The notes under the pieces were generated by a model. It was not told the DNA's origin, ran no database searches, and saw only the letters and a list, made by a program, of their open reading frames with translations. The translations under genes and the position numbers were made by a program. From the NCBI RefSeq assembly GCF_009914755.1, contig NC_060937.1: a stretch of DNA of 64,000 nt; one strand, given 5' to 3'. Each line of letters opens with the position of its first letter. The first letter of the stretch is position 1. This DNA is from the human T2T-CHM13v2.0 reference genome, Homo sapiens. Positions 39,219 through 54,065 of this stretch are shown piece after piece.

Positions 39219-40734
39219 AAGTTATTTATACATCAAGTAATACAATTTATTCTTTTAATTTCCTTTAAGTTCTTTATACATTTCAGGACACAACACTCTA
39301 AGTTAGAAATATAAATAGAGTAAATATTCCAAAAAGGTATTAATCCACTATCATGATAGGTAGATTTTTATTTTCTTGCGTGAAACTTTCTTTAATGAGG
39401 ATCTAAATTGAGCTTCTGTATAATGTTAGCCTGCATCATCAAGGTACCTTCATGGCAATGCATCAGTTGAATTCAGTTGCAATTTGAAAATGTGTGTGTT
39501 CACTGGAGCATTTACAATAACGCACAGCATAGGCTAATTTATTTGAATAAAATCAAACTAAGTCTCAATTAAGAGGAAAAGACCACAACTAATAGTTTTC
39601 TGGAGTCCTCAGAGTGACAATAGATCAGACTCTATGAAGACATTATGGTCATACATTTCTACCCCAAATTTAAGGGAATAAAATGCTCCTTTAATTCATT
39701 CTCAGTTAATTTTTTTTAGTTTTATGTATTTCTCTTCTTAAAGTGAATTTTAACTTATCAGACTTCTGAGAAGTTACTTTTTAACTTCGGTTGACTTTAA
39801 AGTTGTTATTTTAATGAGATACTGTTCAAGCTGTCCTATTAATAATTATTTCCCACATCAGTTTGTATTTCTTGATGCATTGTTTATTTATGCAGCTCAA
39901 CCCTAGCTCACTCCCCTGAAAGCTAAATAGCTTTTAAGTAAATCTGAAAAAACAATTTTAATTGTTCTATGTGATCTTTTATAAATGCCTACAATATTTC
40001 ATATAACTTTCTTTTAAAAATTTAGATTCAGGTTGGTCCTAAGCACAAATGTGCCTTATTTATAATTTTTTAAATAATTATGTATAAATGTTCTGGGTAT
40101 TACCTCCTGATTTGATATATCTCATATGATATTTGTAACTGAACAATGCCCCAAAGGAGCTTATATAAGTATGTTGGAATTATTCAAAAAGAAGTTTGGT
40201 CAAGACTTGTAATTTTAATCAAATGGCTTTGGGGTGGAGATAAGAGAAAGGAAGGGGAAAAACAAATTCATGTCATATAATTTCAGTAATTATGGCAACA
40301 GTAGATAATAATTTAGCCTAAAGATAAGGAAATATGGAAGAATCTTTTTTCTTTAGTTCCTACTGCTAAAAAAAGTCAACAAGTCAAATTTTTAGTAAAA
40401 ATTATCTGTTAGAATTATCTATGTACTAGATATTTTGAAGTTTATAAAGTATAACTAGATAAACAGTTTTTACATTGATCACAATGAAAAGGCAAGAAAG
40501 ATCAAAAGTATACATACACTAGCATTAAATATATTTCAAGATACATATAATAAGTAAGCATATAGGCCTTATTCATTTGAAGTTTTTCTAAAACAATGTA
40601 AGCCAGAGTAAACCTCTTAAAGAATATAGGGAAGATAATTTCTTCTTAAATATGCATTCGAGAGCAGTTGCTTAAATATAAAATTAATTTTCTCCCATCT
40701 CATTACTTAACTTCAACTAGAACAAAGTCCTTAT

Positions 40735-40863
40735 CAGGGTGCATCTCTTTTGAAGATAAACAGTGGGCCAGAGGGCCCCTGTTCTCCCTGTATAACCGAC
40801 AGCTCTTTCAATCTTTATGTTGCAGAGGGCCAGTTCACTCTTTATAGAATAAATTCTGGCCTA
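40735..40863. mobile_element. Possible MER45-like hAT fragment
   Basis: GC-rich patch ending gagggccagttcactc...aattctggccct resembles a recalled hAT-Tip100 terminus. Confidence 0.3.
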
Positions 40864-41067
40864 ATTAATACAAAATTTATTAAATAACTGGTTCAGAAAC
40901 AAAAATAATAACATGTACAATCTGTTAACCTTCTACTTAAGCATGGACATTTAGTATATGTAAAATCAAATCTATAATCAAGGTAGTAATAAAAAAAGAA
41001 TATTTTATATTTTTCCAACACTTTTGCATTTTAACCTTAACAAATAATTAGAGTCATATGTTACTAA

Positions 41068-41649
<582 letters not shown>

Positions 41650-42944
41650 TTATGTAAATATTTCTAATTTGCTATTATTCTTGAAAACATCAGGTGCAGA
41701 GAGATATGAAAGTCAATATGCATGTCAATTAACATTAACATAGATTATATACTCTATATTCTGCTTAACTAGAGTCAATTGGGAGGCACCTACCTGTATA
41801 TTTACTTCCACATTTTTTTCCACATAACCTTTAATGGAAATCAATGAACATTATTAATTTTTATAACTTTCAATAAACATTTAATAGAATAATTTTATTA
41901 AGTTACACAGAGATAGTACTTTTATGTATTTATTTCAGATTGCTATTTATAAATAAAATATAGAATTACATGAATAAGAAGCGAAGTTGCTTGGGGAAAA
42001 GAAAAGATTTAGGTCACTACTGATGGCTGTTAATTAATGTTTAGAGTTTATAATATAATTAAAATTTTATTTAAAAATGGTTAGCAGTCTGTTTACATGG
42101 AAATCGAGATTCATTTTTGAAATTACTAGAATAAATTACTAGAGAAAAAATAAAGGTTGTGTCTAGAATTATGTATATATCTCACTACTTTTTTAGTACA
42201 TACATGTATATAAATTGCTTTATTTGTAAATTATATATTTTCAAAAGAAAATTCTTATTTATTCATCAGAAATAGAAGATCTTTCAAAAATTTCTTTTTT
42301 GCAGAAAAACCTGTAGACTGTACAAGGATATGATATGTGTGACAGGAGGGAGATAATCTGTTTTGAAATTGAAAAGTTTACTGCAATTGAAATAAAGGAA
42401 TTTAGAAAATTGTTGCGAAAGGCAGACACTATAGCCTTTAGACGTATGCCCCATGAGGTTAGCCAGTGAAAATAAAAATAATAATTAGTTTGGATATATG
42501 GGAAGAAAGGAAAAGAGCACTCTTCTAATTTGTCGAAGAGTTCCACATTGGTAATTAAGAACATAAAAAGCTCATGCTAAGTGGAAGTTTTAGCTTTCCA
42601 GTGTCTACTAATTTTATGTTCCCATGGAAATGCTTTGTAATGACAATTTTCTCTCAAAATTCTCATACTTTTTGAACCAATAGCTTTTATAGTATATAAT
42701 AACATAAAAATTCCCAACAGATTGTCAATCATTGAGAGCATGTATAATATAGGGATACATATGTGTGTGCATATGTATATACATATACATATATACACAC
42801 CTCTATGTGTCTAGTGAAAGTTTTTGTACATATTAGATGCCAAATAATCTTCAACCTATATTGAACTTCATAATACATTCATGATAGACAAGATCTCTGT
42901 TATTCCTTTCACATTCACAGATCACATGGTGGTCCATGTAGTTT

Positions 42945-43495
42945 GGTTAGTCAGGACTTTAGTTTTCAGTAATAAAAAGGCAGTTAAAACCAGTTCAAGA
43001 AAAAAAAATATTTTGCAGCTCGCATAACTTTGAAATCAAAGGGAAAGCTCTTGCTTTAGGCATGACTGGGTCCAGGAGTTAAAAAGATATCATCTGTTGT
43101 CTGTATCTTTCTTGTTCACTTTGATCCATTTTATATATTTTTTTCACTTAATTCTCAGGCAGGGGTTTTTCACATGTTGCCTTTACTATAGACAACGGCA
43201 ATGCAAGTATCAATGCGTTCTCAGTTATATCCATCTCAAAAAGAGAGATTTCTTCCTTCCTAGAATCAGTAATAAAACCATAAAAAGGATCCTTACTATC
43301 TATGTTTGTGTAGCCGTTAATGTGATCAGTACATCCAGGAGGAGTGGGATATCATTGTCTATGCTGGGTCATTCACCTACAAAAATGAATGCAGGGCAAT
43401 GATAGCATTGACAGCATCAGATGAGGGAAAGGGAAGATTCTGAAAAGGGAAAAAGAAGTATTAAAGTGTCAAGAAATAATAAAAGTACATTACAC
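42945..43495 (-). mobile_element. Old MLT1 (J/K/L-like) LTR
   Basis: ttagtcaggactttagttttcagtaa...gctttaggcatgactgggtccaggagttaaaa. Confidence 0.55.
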
Positions 43496-43591
43496 AGTCT
43501 AGTTTCAATTGTTGATCTATTATTCCCATATTATTAATAGAATTTGATCAACTATATTTTTGTTTTTATATTTCTTCCATGTGAGCATAGT

Positions 43592-44123
43592 TGTCTTACA
43601 TATCAATTGCTGCATAACTACCCAGCCAAAATTTAGTTGTTTAAAATGTAAATTTTCATTTACTTATGATTTTGTGGAAGGGCCCAGCTGGTGGTGCATA
43701 TCTGATTCATGTGACAGGAGATGGAGTGTCTGCCACTGGAGGATTCATTTCCACATGGTTTCCTCACTTACACATCTGATCTAAGTGCCCTGTCCTCTTC
43801 CTTTCTCTGTATTTCATCTCTGTCCTCTTCCTTTCTCTGTATTTCATCTCATTTTCTAAGGGATGCATGAGACTTGGGCTTTTTTTCTGTGGTCTGTTTG
43901 TCTCAGGGTAATTGTACTTACTGTAGGGTACCTAGGAAATAAGGCCACCAGGTCATTTAAAGTGATACTGGTCCAGCATCTCTTCTGAAATACTTTATTG
44001 GTTCACATTCAAGTGAATGAAGAAATAGACTCTATCTCTTGATAAGAAAGAGACAAGTTCACGTTGCAGAATATGTAAGAAGAAAGATATAGTGATGTTC
44101 TCTAGAAATAAGAGTCGGCTACA
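43592..44123 (-). mobile_element. MLT1H-like LTR
   Basis: attgctgcataactacccagccaaaatttagttgtttaaaa...ggaggattcatttccacatgg...aaatagactctatctcttgat...ggctaca. Confidence 0.7.
43791..43850. repeat. Perfect 30-bp tandem duplication (tgtcctcttcctttctctgtatttcatctc x2)
   Basis: Seen directly. Confidence 0.97.
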
Positions 44124-44214
44124 ATGGGCAACTTAAATACCTCATTATTGATCAAAGATCAAATATGTCCAGTTCTATGAAAATAAAATTATATAAAACC
44201 TCTATAATTCTATA

Positions 44215-44523
44215 GTTTTTGTTTGTTTGTTTGTTTGCTTTGCTTTGAAAGGGTTTTTCTCTACCCAGACTAAAGTAAAGTGGAGCAATCAAGGCTCACT
44301 ACAGCCTTGACATCTCGGGCTCAAGCAATCTTCCCATGTCAGCCTTCCCAGTGGCTGGGACTACAGAAGCATACCACAATGCCTGGCTAAACTTTTTATT
44401 TTTTGTAGAGATGGGGTCTCACTATGTTGCCCAGGCTGGTCTCGAACTTCTAGGCTCAAGTGATCCTTTCTCCTTGGCCAACCACAGTGTTGAGTTTACA
44501 GTCTTGAGCCACCACACCTGGCC
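44215..44523 (-). mobile_element. AluJ
   Basis: (GTTT)n tail; ggctcactacagccttgac...ggctcaagcaatc; ttttgtagagatggggtctcactatgttgcccaggc; ends cctggcc. Confidence 0.92.
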
Positions 44524-46413
44524 TATAATCTATTTAGTTAGGAATATCAGAATTTGAGGACACATAATTCGGATTATCATTGTATCAGCAAGAGTTACAC
44601 AGCTAATTATTATCTTAATTATTAAAATTATTAATTATGTGTCTATTTCTTTTATAAAACAAATAATCAGTGCTCTGTGTCAAAAGTTGATTACTGATTA
44701 ACACTATGTTAACACACAAATTTCTCGATTGCCTTTAAAAGGCAGCTATTTACAAAGATCTCACACTGTGTGATTAGAGATCCACCTACCTTAATGACAA
44801 CTTTTTTAAAATGTACACATGCATAACATAAATCATAATTTATTTTAAAAAGCATAATATAATAGGTATAGGTATTTTTGAACAAAAAACACTCCAAAAA
44901 TATGAATTTCACCCTATACCTATTATTATTGTTACTGTCATACGACAATATTTAATGTATTTTATTTAGGGGAACTTAAATGATTACATCTGATATGCTA
45001 TAGAATTCCAGTATGATTTCTAAAATATTATGATTTATTATTTTTGCTTCTGTTTTTATTAGAACCGTTAAAATCTAAGTTAAAGAGGCAACCTAAGACA
45101 ATATTTTAAAATACATGCTTAAAATTTATAAATATTAAAAACTAAAAAGTTACTGCATTTTCAGAGAAATGTTTTGTGTACCAAACACATAAAAACTAAT
45201 AGGACCGTACCTATGTTTCTCAATGTACTTACCACTTTTTCTGAAGTTGGTCAAAGTGTTATCTGGCCTTGCGTTGTAGGAACAGCACAATCTAAGCATG
45301 TCTCTTACCAAACATTGAGAATCTGCAGGACTGTTGGCCCTAAAAAACTTGTGAAGGAGATTGAGTGGTCACAGCAGTGTTTCTTTCAAGCTTCCAAGTC
45401 ATGTAGCAAGTAGATTATTACAAAAGGGTCTATAAATAATTTTTAAAAACCTGTGGTAATTCACAAAATGAATAGGACAGATAAAATATTGGTATTGAAA
45501 CTATTTGTAAAATGTAAGATGCAAAAATTTATTACTGGCTGTCATTCTCATTTTAAAAGTATCATATCAGATAAATTAAAAGTGTCTCTATCACTGACAC
45601 TTTCCATTAGAAAAATGTTGGAAACTACTGTAAATTATTTAAGATGCTAGCTAACTGTAATTATTTTCTTGCCTGGAATAACTATATGTATTAAAAATTG
45701 TGTGAGTAAAATGAATATATTTTATGTCTAGCATAGACTCTTATAAAACAAATATAAATATTGTGAATTCATTGAATTTTTCTCTTTAGCGTAATTGAAT
45801 TTATGACTTACTTTAAATTTATGACTTACCTTAAAATGCTATAAATTAAATAAATACTTTAAAATTACATTTGTTGAACATTTCAATTTATGTGAGACTT
45901 CTTACAGGACTATTTTAAAATATTGTGCAATGTTCAAATTCACCAGTAAATTGTGAAATAAGGATAAAATTTAAATTTAAATACATACGTTGATTATCAA
46001 ATTGGAACAACCTTTAAGATGATGCTACTTAGTACTATCAAGGGGTTAAGTTAAATTCAAAGTCAGTCCAATGTTTATAGAGAACAATGCATTCAGACAT
46101 ATTTGCCAAAACATGCCAATGTATTTGGAGAATAGATGGATCAAATATGTCACATTTTTTATCACATGACTCAGAAATACTGTCAGTTTTGATCTAAAAG
46201 AAATAAATAAAACTAGATACTGATTTAGGCAAAAAAGTTCAGTGTTTATTAAAACAAAACAAATGCATGAGGTTAGATCCTTAAACCTAAATAAATAAAT
46301 GAAATGAAAATTCTATTCACGAGGTAATAATTAATGTAAGGGAGAATATAAATTTTATGAAATGTTGATTTCAAAAATCTAGATAAATTTATCTATCTAT
46401 TTGGCTATCAGTC

Positions 46414-46434
46414 TGTGTGTGTGTGTGCGCGCGC
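46414..46434. repeat. (TG)n(CG)n alternating tract
   Basis: tgtgtgtgtgtgtgcgcgcgc seen directly. Confidence 0.85.
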
Positions 46435-47012
46435 TTAGTTACTTGCTCATTTGAATATGTCATTTTTGCCAAGACATTGACACAATTCATTGGTGACATT
46501 TAAGAAATGTAAAAGACTGGAAAGAAGTCAAGAGATAAGTACATATTATAAATTCTGAGAGAAGTGCTATATACTACATGGTGTATTTCATGTAATTAGA
46601 GATGTGGAAACCGGAGGCATGAGAATGTTCTAGGAATACAATAAAAATACAGAACATTCTCCCAAACTTTAAAAGAAAAACTAAAAATTTCTTTTAAAAG
46701 CATTAAATAATGAAATACAAATTTAATGATAAATATCTAAATAGAGACGGCAATTAGAAATCTGGAATCATGTTTCAAAAATTTCTTAAAATATCAAAGC
46801 CCAGAATTAGTTTTCTTTTACCATATGCATGCACTCAGAGAAATCATTATTTACTTCCAACAATATCATTCAGCAAATATGCCTTTATCCTTTGAAAAGA
46901 AGTTTCTCTGCTAGAGAATATCACACAAATGTTAAAACAAGGACTGAGTTCGTGAACAAATAGAGTGTGTAATTTTTAACTTCACCTACCCGCTCCACAC
47001 ACACAAACTTAA

Positions 47013-47127
47013 CTGACCCATTGAGGAACAGTTCTGCTATAGTGTTGAACCAAAGAATAAAAAAGTCTTTACAAAGTCAGGCAGTGAAGGGCCATGCATT
47101 CTCTTATGAGGTTTCAGCCTCAGGCAT
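47013..47127 (+). repeat. Local duplication C, copy 1 (~115 bp)
   Basis: ctgacccattgaggaacagttctgcta...tttacaaagtcaggcagtgaagg...gaggtttcagcctca; second copy at 49804-49920. Confidence 0.95.
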
Positions 47128-48418
47128 TTTATTTTCACGCTCATTAATTCTGAAATGTCACAAACAGAAGAGATTTTTTGAAAGGTTATGATATTCAAGA
47201 CTTGCTACTATGATTCATATCTACTTACAGTTTATTCCATTGAGTGTTTTAAAGTGAGGATAGGGCAGGAAGGGAAACATTCATCCCAGTGTATGAATGA
47301 TGGGACATATTTTGTGGGCATTCACCCAGAGACTTGACTTTATTTTTAAAAATATAGGCGTTCCCAGGATAGTTATAAGGATCAATTGTGATAAATTATG
47401 CAGAAATGCCTTATAAAGTAATGCAAAATAGTTATGAAATTGTTAAATATTTTAAATCCTATTAGACAGACACTGATACAGAATGCAGACAGCAACGCTT
47501 TGATATATTTGTCAAAAGATGAGGAACGTTGTCATCCTCACATGCATCACTAATTTCCCCTCCTAGCTGCTTCATTTTCTTTCACCAGCTGCTAGTTACC
47601 TCATCACAGTCTTTCTTTGGTTTGTGCAAAAAATCATTCACATCACTCATAAACTAATCTCCTCCAGTCAGTGAAGAAAAATTTTTCACTGTGTCTGGAG
47701 ATAGATGCTTTTCAGAAACACATATATTACGAAAATGTCTTCAGTATTCATATTCTTACAACCCATGGTGAGGATAGTCCAATGTTCTTACTTGTGCAAA
47801 AAGGATTGCGTAGTTTATACAGAGTGGCATTTCCTCCCACGTTCCTATGTCAGTAGCTTTTCCAAATATGCCATTAATCAGAACAGGGAACAGTTAGAAG
47901 CAGGACAGAAGCAGAATGCATCTCTATATCACATTAGATAATAGCACCACAGAAACAAGAGATGGTAGGAAAGTATGATTTGCCATGACTCACTTCCTAA
48001 AAATCATCTTAGCATCTACTGTAGCATTTGCAGGAGCATCCATTGGTATTCCAAAACCCAGTTGATGCCAGACTTATTGTACTATATTTGTGCGATTTTT
48101 GTGCAAGCCCTGGGTTGTAAATTATGTACTTATAGATGCTTTAAAAAAAATTTAAACTCCACAAGGTAAGGTTTACTGCATGGAGTCATGAACAAAAAAT
48201 AAAATAATGACTTTTCTCTTCCCAAGCAACATGAAAATACATAATGCTTAAAAAATTTCATATCCATTATAAAAATATTTATTACAATAGACTGGAAAGA
48301 TCAATTGAAAAAACAGAAATAATGGAAAATATGGAGAACGATAGTGCACTACTTTTGTGTAAGTCTTCTTATGTATTGTTTAACTTCATTCAATTGTCAT
48401 TTTAGAGAAGAGTGTATA

Positions 48419-48438
48419 TGTGTGTGTGTGTGTGTGTG
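48419..48438. repeat. (TG)10 microsatellite
   Basis: Seen directly. Confidence 0.9.
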
Positions 48439-48627
48439 TTTATATATTTTTTTCCCTCTTGGGTATTTTAATTGCCATTATTTTCTTATAAAGTCACAGG
48501 TGATATAAAAATATGAATGGGATATTATTATTTAACTAAAATGTTTGAATGCCTAAACGTTCTTGAGAGTGGTCTCTGTTTTGCTTAAGCCTTCAAGAAC
48601 TAACTAGGAATTCCCAGCAGATCATTT

Positions 48628-49016
<389 letters not shown>

Positions 49017-49189
49017 TAAAATGCCTTCTAAAAACCTACATAATTAGTCATAACTCATGTCATAACTGCATCCTCGTTGTTTCCTGTAATCATATTAAGC
49101 TCAAGAACAGGCAAATATATGTGTAATTAGGGATTATAAAGCAGTATATTCTCTTAATATTAATAGAAATTATGTGCATGAGTACTGAA

Positions 49190-49333
49190 GGCAAAGGGTC
49201 TAATATAAGTTTCACTTCTCCTTACAATTAAATGACTTTGTGAAGCATAATATTTCATGTCCTAGATTTCTAATCTATAAAATGGAGATTATCATACTCA
49301 TCTCAAATGTTTTAGATATAATAAGTAAGAAAG
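49190..49333 (+). mobile_element. MIR fragment
   Basis: tgactttgtgaagc...gatttctaatctataaaatggagattatcatac core. Confidence 0.55.
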
Positions 49334-49400
49334 CACTGCACTCCAGCCTGGGTGACAGAGTGAGACCCTGATTCAAAATAATAATAATAATAATAATAAT
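49334..49400 (+). mobile_element. Severely 5'-truncated Alu (J-like) with (TAA)n tail
   Basis: cactgcactccagcctgggtgacagagtgagaccctgattcaaaataataataa. Confidence 0.9.
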
Positions 49401-49709
49401 GTAATCAATATCTTATTGTATTCATTGGCTCCATTCTGAAAGTAAGATAATATGAGGAACAAGAGATTAAAGAGAGAATTTTGTGTGCCAATAGAAGGGA
49501 CCTATTTTGGTGATCAAATAATACATTCTGTGAAATCTAAAAACTGATTATAATAAAATCTGCCTAATGTGCTTATATTGTAGAAAAACATCATAAGATA
49601 ATATGATTGTCTTACTGTAGAACCTATAAATTTTCTTCTCCTCCTCCTTATTGTTACTATTATTACTTTTAAATATATTTATTACTTTTAATTATATTTA
49701 AGTAGTAAA

Positions 49710-49780
49710 TTATATATATATATACACACACATATATATATATATACACACACACACACATATATACACATACACACACA
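49710..49780. repeat. Compound (TA)n/(CA)n microsatellite
   Basis: Seen directly. Confidence 0.9.
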
Positions 49781-49803
49781 GGCATGGGAGTATAGGGAAA
49801 ATC

Positions 49804-49920
49804 CTGACCCATTGAAGAACAGTTTTGCTACAGTCTTGAACCAAAGAATTAAAAAAAGCCTTTACAAAGTTAGGCAGTGAAGGTCCATGTATCCCCTTAC
49901 GAGGTTTCAGCCTCATGCGT
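49804..49920 (+). repeat. Local duplication C, copy 2
   Basis: Direct copy of 47013-47127; about 13 substitutions and 2 indel bases by hand alignment. Confidence 0.95.
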
Positions 49921-49974
49921 CCTGTTTGACTCAGTTTTAAAGTCCTGGCAAGAAGGCTGTTCAATTTTCCTTCT

Positions 49975-50377
49975 TGAGCAGAAGATTAAGTCCACTTTCC
50001 CTATCTCCTCCTTTATTGGGCTCTTCCACCCAAACAGCCCTGTAATTTCTCCAAGGCCAGGTACCAGACAATGTGGGGCAGCCACTATGCCTCAAAGCCC
50101 ATTGAAGTTATGCTAACTAGCCAGTCATAAACATGTTTACCTCCCTGACCCATTGCTTCCCTAGGAAACTACAGTAAAGGCACTTGCCTGGAGTTCCACT
50201 CTTTCCCTCTGCCTTGTGACTGACCCCAGTGCCTTGTGACTGACTTCAGTGGCCCTAGGTAAAGTGTTGTGTTGTCCCAAGGAAATCCTGAGTAACAAAA
50301 TTGTATAACTTCAGGTTCTCCCTCTTGATCTGCATCTGAACTCCCTGTATCTTACCCAAGGTAATATCCTTAAAACA
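49975..50377 (+). mobile_element. MER74-like ERVL LTR, 5'-truncated
   Basis: ctcctttattgggctct...aggccaggtaccagacaa...aactagccagtc...ggaaactacagtaaaggc; contains a 20-bp tandem repeat at 50210-50251. Confidence 0.7.
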
Positions 50378-50752
50378 GGAGATTAGGGAGGCAGGTAGGA
50401 GATCATCTGTGGTACAATGTTGGAGTGACTTTACAATTACTGTTGCCATTTTAAAATCTCATTCCATCATTTTTTTCTCCTAGAGCCTACCCACTGCATT
50501 TTCTGGCAACAATGTTGCCCAGTTGTTGACAATGATCAACTTAGATTTTGAAGCTCGCTGTCTACTAAAACTGTCTATACTAACAATGATTACTCAAGGA
50601 CTATCCTTTGGTACAAAATACTGAATATTTTCTCAATACAAAATAATTTCTCAATACCATGAAGAATGCAAAATGTGACTTATTAGTCACAAAAATAGAT
50701 TAATAAAAATGAGCCCAAGTTTGAAGCTGATAACAGTGGTCACCTTTCTATT

Positions 50753-51271
50753 GTGAGTTCGTTGGCCATCCATTTAGATGCATATTTAGGCTAGTGTCAC
50801 CTCACCTGATCCATTGGCAATCATTTTGCATCCTGATCTGCAACCCTGAAGGTTGATCTGTAGGAACTCTGATATATCAATGGGCTTTCTTGTCTTCTAG
50901 CTTCTGATTAGTTACAATAAATAAATCAGGAGATCTACGCAAGTGGGAAGAATAAGGTCAGGGTTGTTATTCCCTTGACAATCTCATTGTGGGGTTGTCT
51001 AAAGTGGTGGTTTCCCTTGGCTGAGGTGACAAGCTTTTTCAAAGCAACCCTTTTCATATTTCCTCAGTCTGAGTTCTCATACCTGCCTATCTTTGCCCCC
51101 TCAGAATTGGGGTTGGTAAAAACCCTACACTTTCTAGCCCCCAGAATATTGAATTATTCCTGCGGTTTCCCTCTACTCCCATGACTTTATAAAATGGTTC
51201 TTTATTAAACCTTCAAAAATTTCCCAAAGTGAGTCTGCAGTTGGTCTTCTGCTGGGACCCTGAATCATATA
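50753..51271 (+). mobile_element. LTR33-like ERVL solo LTR
   Basis: atcaatgggctttcttgtcttctagcttctgatt...aaggtcagggttgttattccc...tttattaaacc...ctgctgggaccctgaatcatata. Confidence 0.75.
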
Positions 51272-52292
51272 TTTAGGGTTTCTTACATGTATAAGAAGGT
51301 ATTATCTTACTGTAGTTTGTTAATAACCAATTCAAGGGGTCCCTGCAAGCACAAAATACTTCTTTTATCAGAACACACAACTTGCATTTTTTAGCTCTAC
51401 AATAAAAAACCCAGTTAAAATAAATAAAATAGCGCATGAATTTAATGAACCTGGATGTGATGCTTCTATTTATACCTCAAACAGTTTAAACCTGAAGCTA
51501 TAGACTAAACCAGATCATCAGAGAACAAAATACTGAAACCAGGACATTTTAATTCCTTTATCAGGTTTATTTATTGTAACAGACCCCAGAGTTACACCTT
51601 AATTCAGCCTTAAGGGCTATTATGAGAAAACCAAAACAATTTAGAGTTTTTAAATTATGTTTATTACTTTGATGGCATTGAGTCTGCATTAGTCTGTACC
51701 TTGCAGAATACTCTTATTAGGTCCTTTGAATTTATTGGTTTGCTCTTTTGGAAAAAAACGACAAACCTGTAAATCTTGAATATTGGATTTGTCTCTACCT
51801 TTAGAAATTTAAGAATTTTTCAAATAGTCATATTTGTTTTGGTAGCTAAGATGCTTTGAACACTCTTTCATTTTGACATATTTATAAAAACTTTAGTCTA
51901 TGACTTGCATTCTTGAAAATTATTCTTTTTTCTGATCGACTGCTTTTCTAATTTTATATTAGACCATTTTCTAGCAAAAACTTATTGTGTTCATTTTGCA
52001 TTATGGGTATTCTTATAAAGCATCTCTAGTTGTTTGTCAATAGGTCCAGGATAAAATGATATATACTCACCCACACACACATATATATACACACAAATAT
52101 ACACACACACATATATAAAGAAGTAATATATATATAAAGAAGTATATGTATTATAAAAATAGAAGTAATTTTATCTTATAGTTGGAGTATCAAAGGTGAA
52201 ATCAATAGGGGCAAAGTAATCCCATATGCTGATCTAAAACAAGGTACAGACTGATTTGTGGGGGTCTTACAAGGAGCGTGGTCAACCAATAT

Positions 52293-52898
52293 TTTTTTTA
52301 AAAAATTACTAAAATATAATGTACCAACCACAAAGTTCCTCCTCAGAGTATATGTTAAAATGGTCTTACTATGTTTACAATGTTGTCCAAATAGCACAAG
52401 AACCTAATTTTAGAAAATTTGCATCACCCAAAAAGACACACCAATCCCATTTGCAGTGAGTCCCTATCAACTGCCTTCCAGGTTAAACAAATAGTAATCT
52501 CTTTCTGTGTCTTTAAATTTACCCATTTTTGACATTTCATATAAATTCATGAATCACCCAATATATATAGAATTCTGAATCTGGCATTTTCAATTAGCTT
52601 GATGTTTTCAAGGTTATCCATGTTGTAGCATGTATCAGCAATTCTTTCCTTCCTTTTTATTGCTGAATAATTTCCCATTTATGGACATATCACAATTTGT
52701 TTATCTGTTCATCACTGATGGAAATTTGGGTTGTTTCCACCTTTTGGCTATGATCAAGTATGCTTCTGTGAACATCCATGTACATAGGTTTTACGGATAG
52801 ACATGTTTTCAGACCTATTGGGTATATCAATAGGAATTGCATTTCTAATCTATCAGACAACTTTATGTTTAATATTTTGAAGAACTGCCAAACTGCCA
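52293..52898 (-). mobile_element. L1MB7/8-like 3' end
   Basis: catcacccaaaaagacac...gacatttcatataaa...atccatgttgtagcatgtatcag...tttgggttgtttccaccttttggcta...agaactgccaaactg. Confidence 0.88.
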
Positions 52899-53897
52899 AA
52901 AACTAATTTTTAAAACCATTTCTTATTATTGAATTTGAACATATACGAGAGTGTGTAAATAAAATTCATTATGACAGAAAAGTCAATAGTGAGAATTTCT
53001 TTGGTGCATTTTTTACTCCTGTTGCAAACAAGAAAGTTTTCATTCTCCAAGTGAGAATGTCTTCTGGAAAAACTAATGGAAATCTTGGTTAATATCTTTT
53101 AATGTGGTATGCTCAGGCTTAGGTACCTCTCTCTCATAAAATAGGTGAAGACTTGCAAATCAAGGAGACGGAACCTAGCAGAAGTCAAGTTTTGAGAGAT
53201 AAGTGTGAGCAGCCAACTAGGAACATTCATCTATTCCGGAGGTCTGAATGTTAAAGTCTTTGGAAGAACAATCCCCACCCCGCCCCTCACAACTTGCACA
53301 CACATGAGAATCAGAGTATGTGGGCATCTGCCATTCAGAGGCTGCTGATAAGTTTGTTATATCAATCAGGTGACACATTTTCTGCTAGTTTTCTTGCCTC
53401 TTATCCCCACTGCTCTCTTCACATTCCATCCAAACCTTGAGTTTACAAAGGCTGTCTTAAAAAAAAATGTGGAAAGAAGAGTTATCAAACAGAATTCCTT
53501 TCAATTCCTTAAACTTTGTGTCATCTCTCTTACCTCCAGGATGTTCCACAAGTGAAAACCATATGTTCTCTTTGCTTTGCCTGGCTAACTCCAAACCTGG
53601 AGGTTCCACTTTATTTCATCTTGTCCAATCAGTCTTCCCTAACACACTCCACATTCCTACCTTTGAGACCAGAACAGATGTCACTCTTAGTTAAATTGAA
53701 AACATGTTGTTTTTTTATTTCCAATTAATTCTGTAATTTACTGTAGAGTATCCTGAGATCATGCTTACTTCTATTATAAGGTAAATTCAATAAAACACTG
53801 TGAAAAGCCATCAGCTTCACAGCTATTTCTCAAAAATTACCATAGTGTCCAATGTTTAATCAATGATTAATAAACATTCTAACAATTTATACAGTAC

Positions 53898-54065
53898 ATT
53901 GACCTTGGAATCAGAAGACATAGGGTTAAATTTAAATTTTCTATTTTAAATTGTTTGTTTGGCAATCTTTTTTTTCTTTTTCTTTTCCTTTTTTTTGAAA
54001 GGTACTCTACTGCGATTGTCTTAGACTAATCATCTGCAAAATGACTATGTTGGGCAAGATGAACA
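53898..54065 (+). mobile_element. MIR fragment
   Basis: ttgaccttggaatcagaagacatagggtt...catctgcaaaatg...ttgggcaagatga. Confidence 0.5.
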
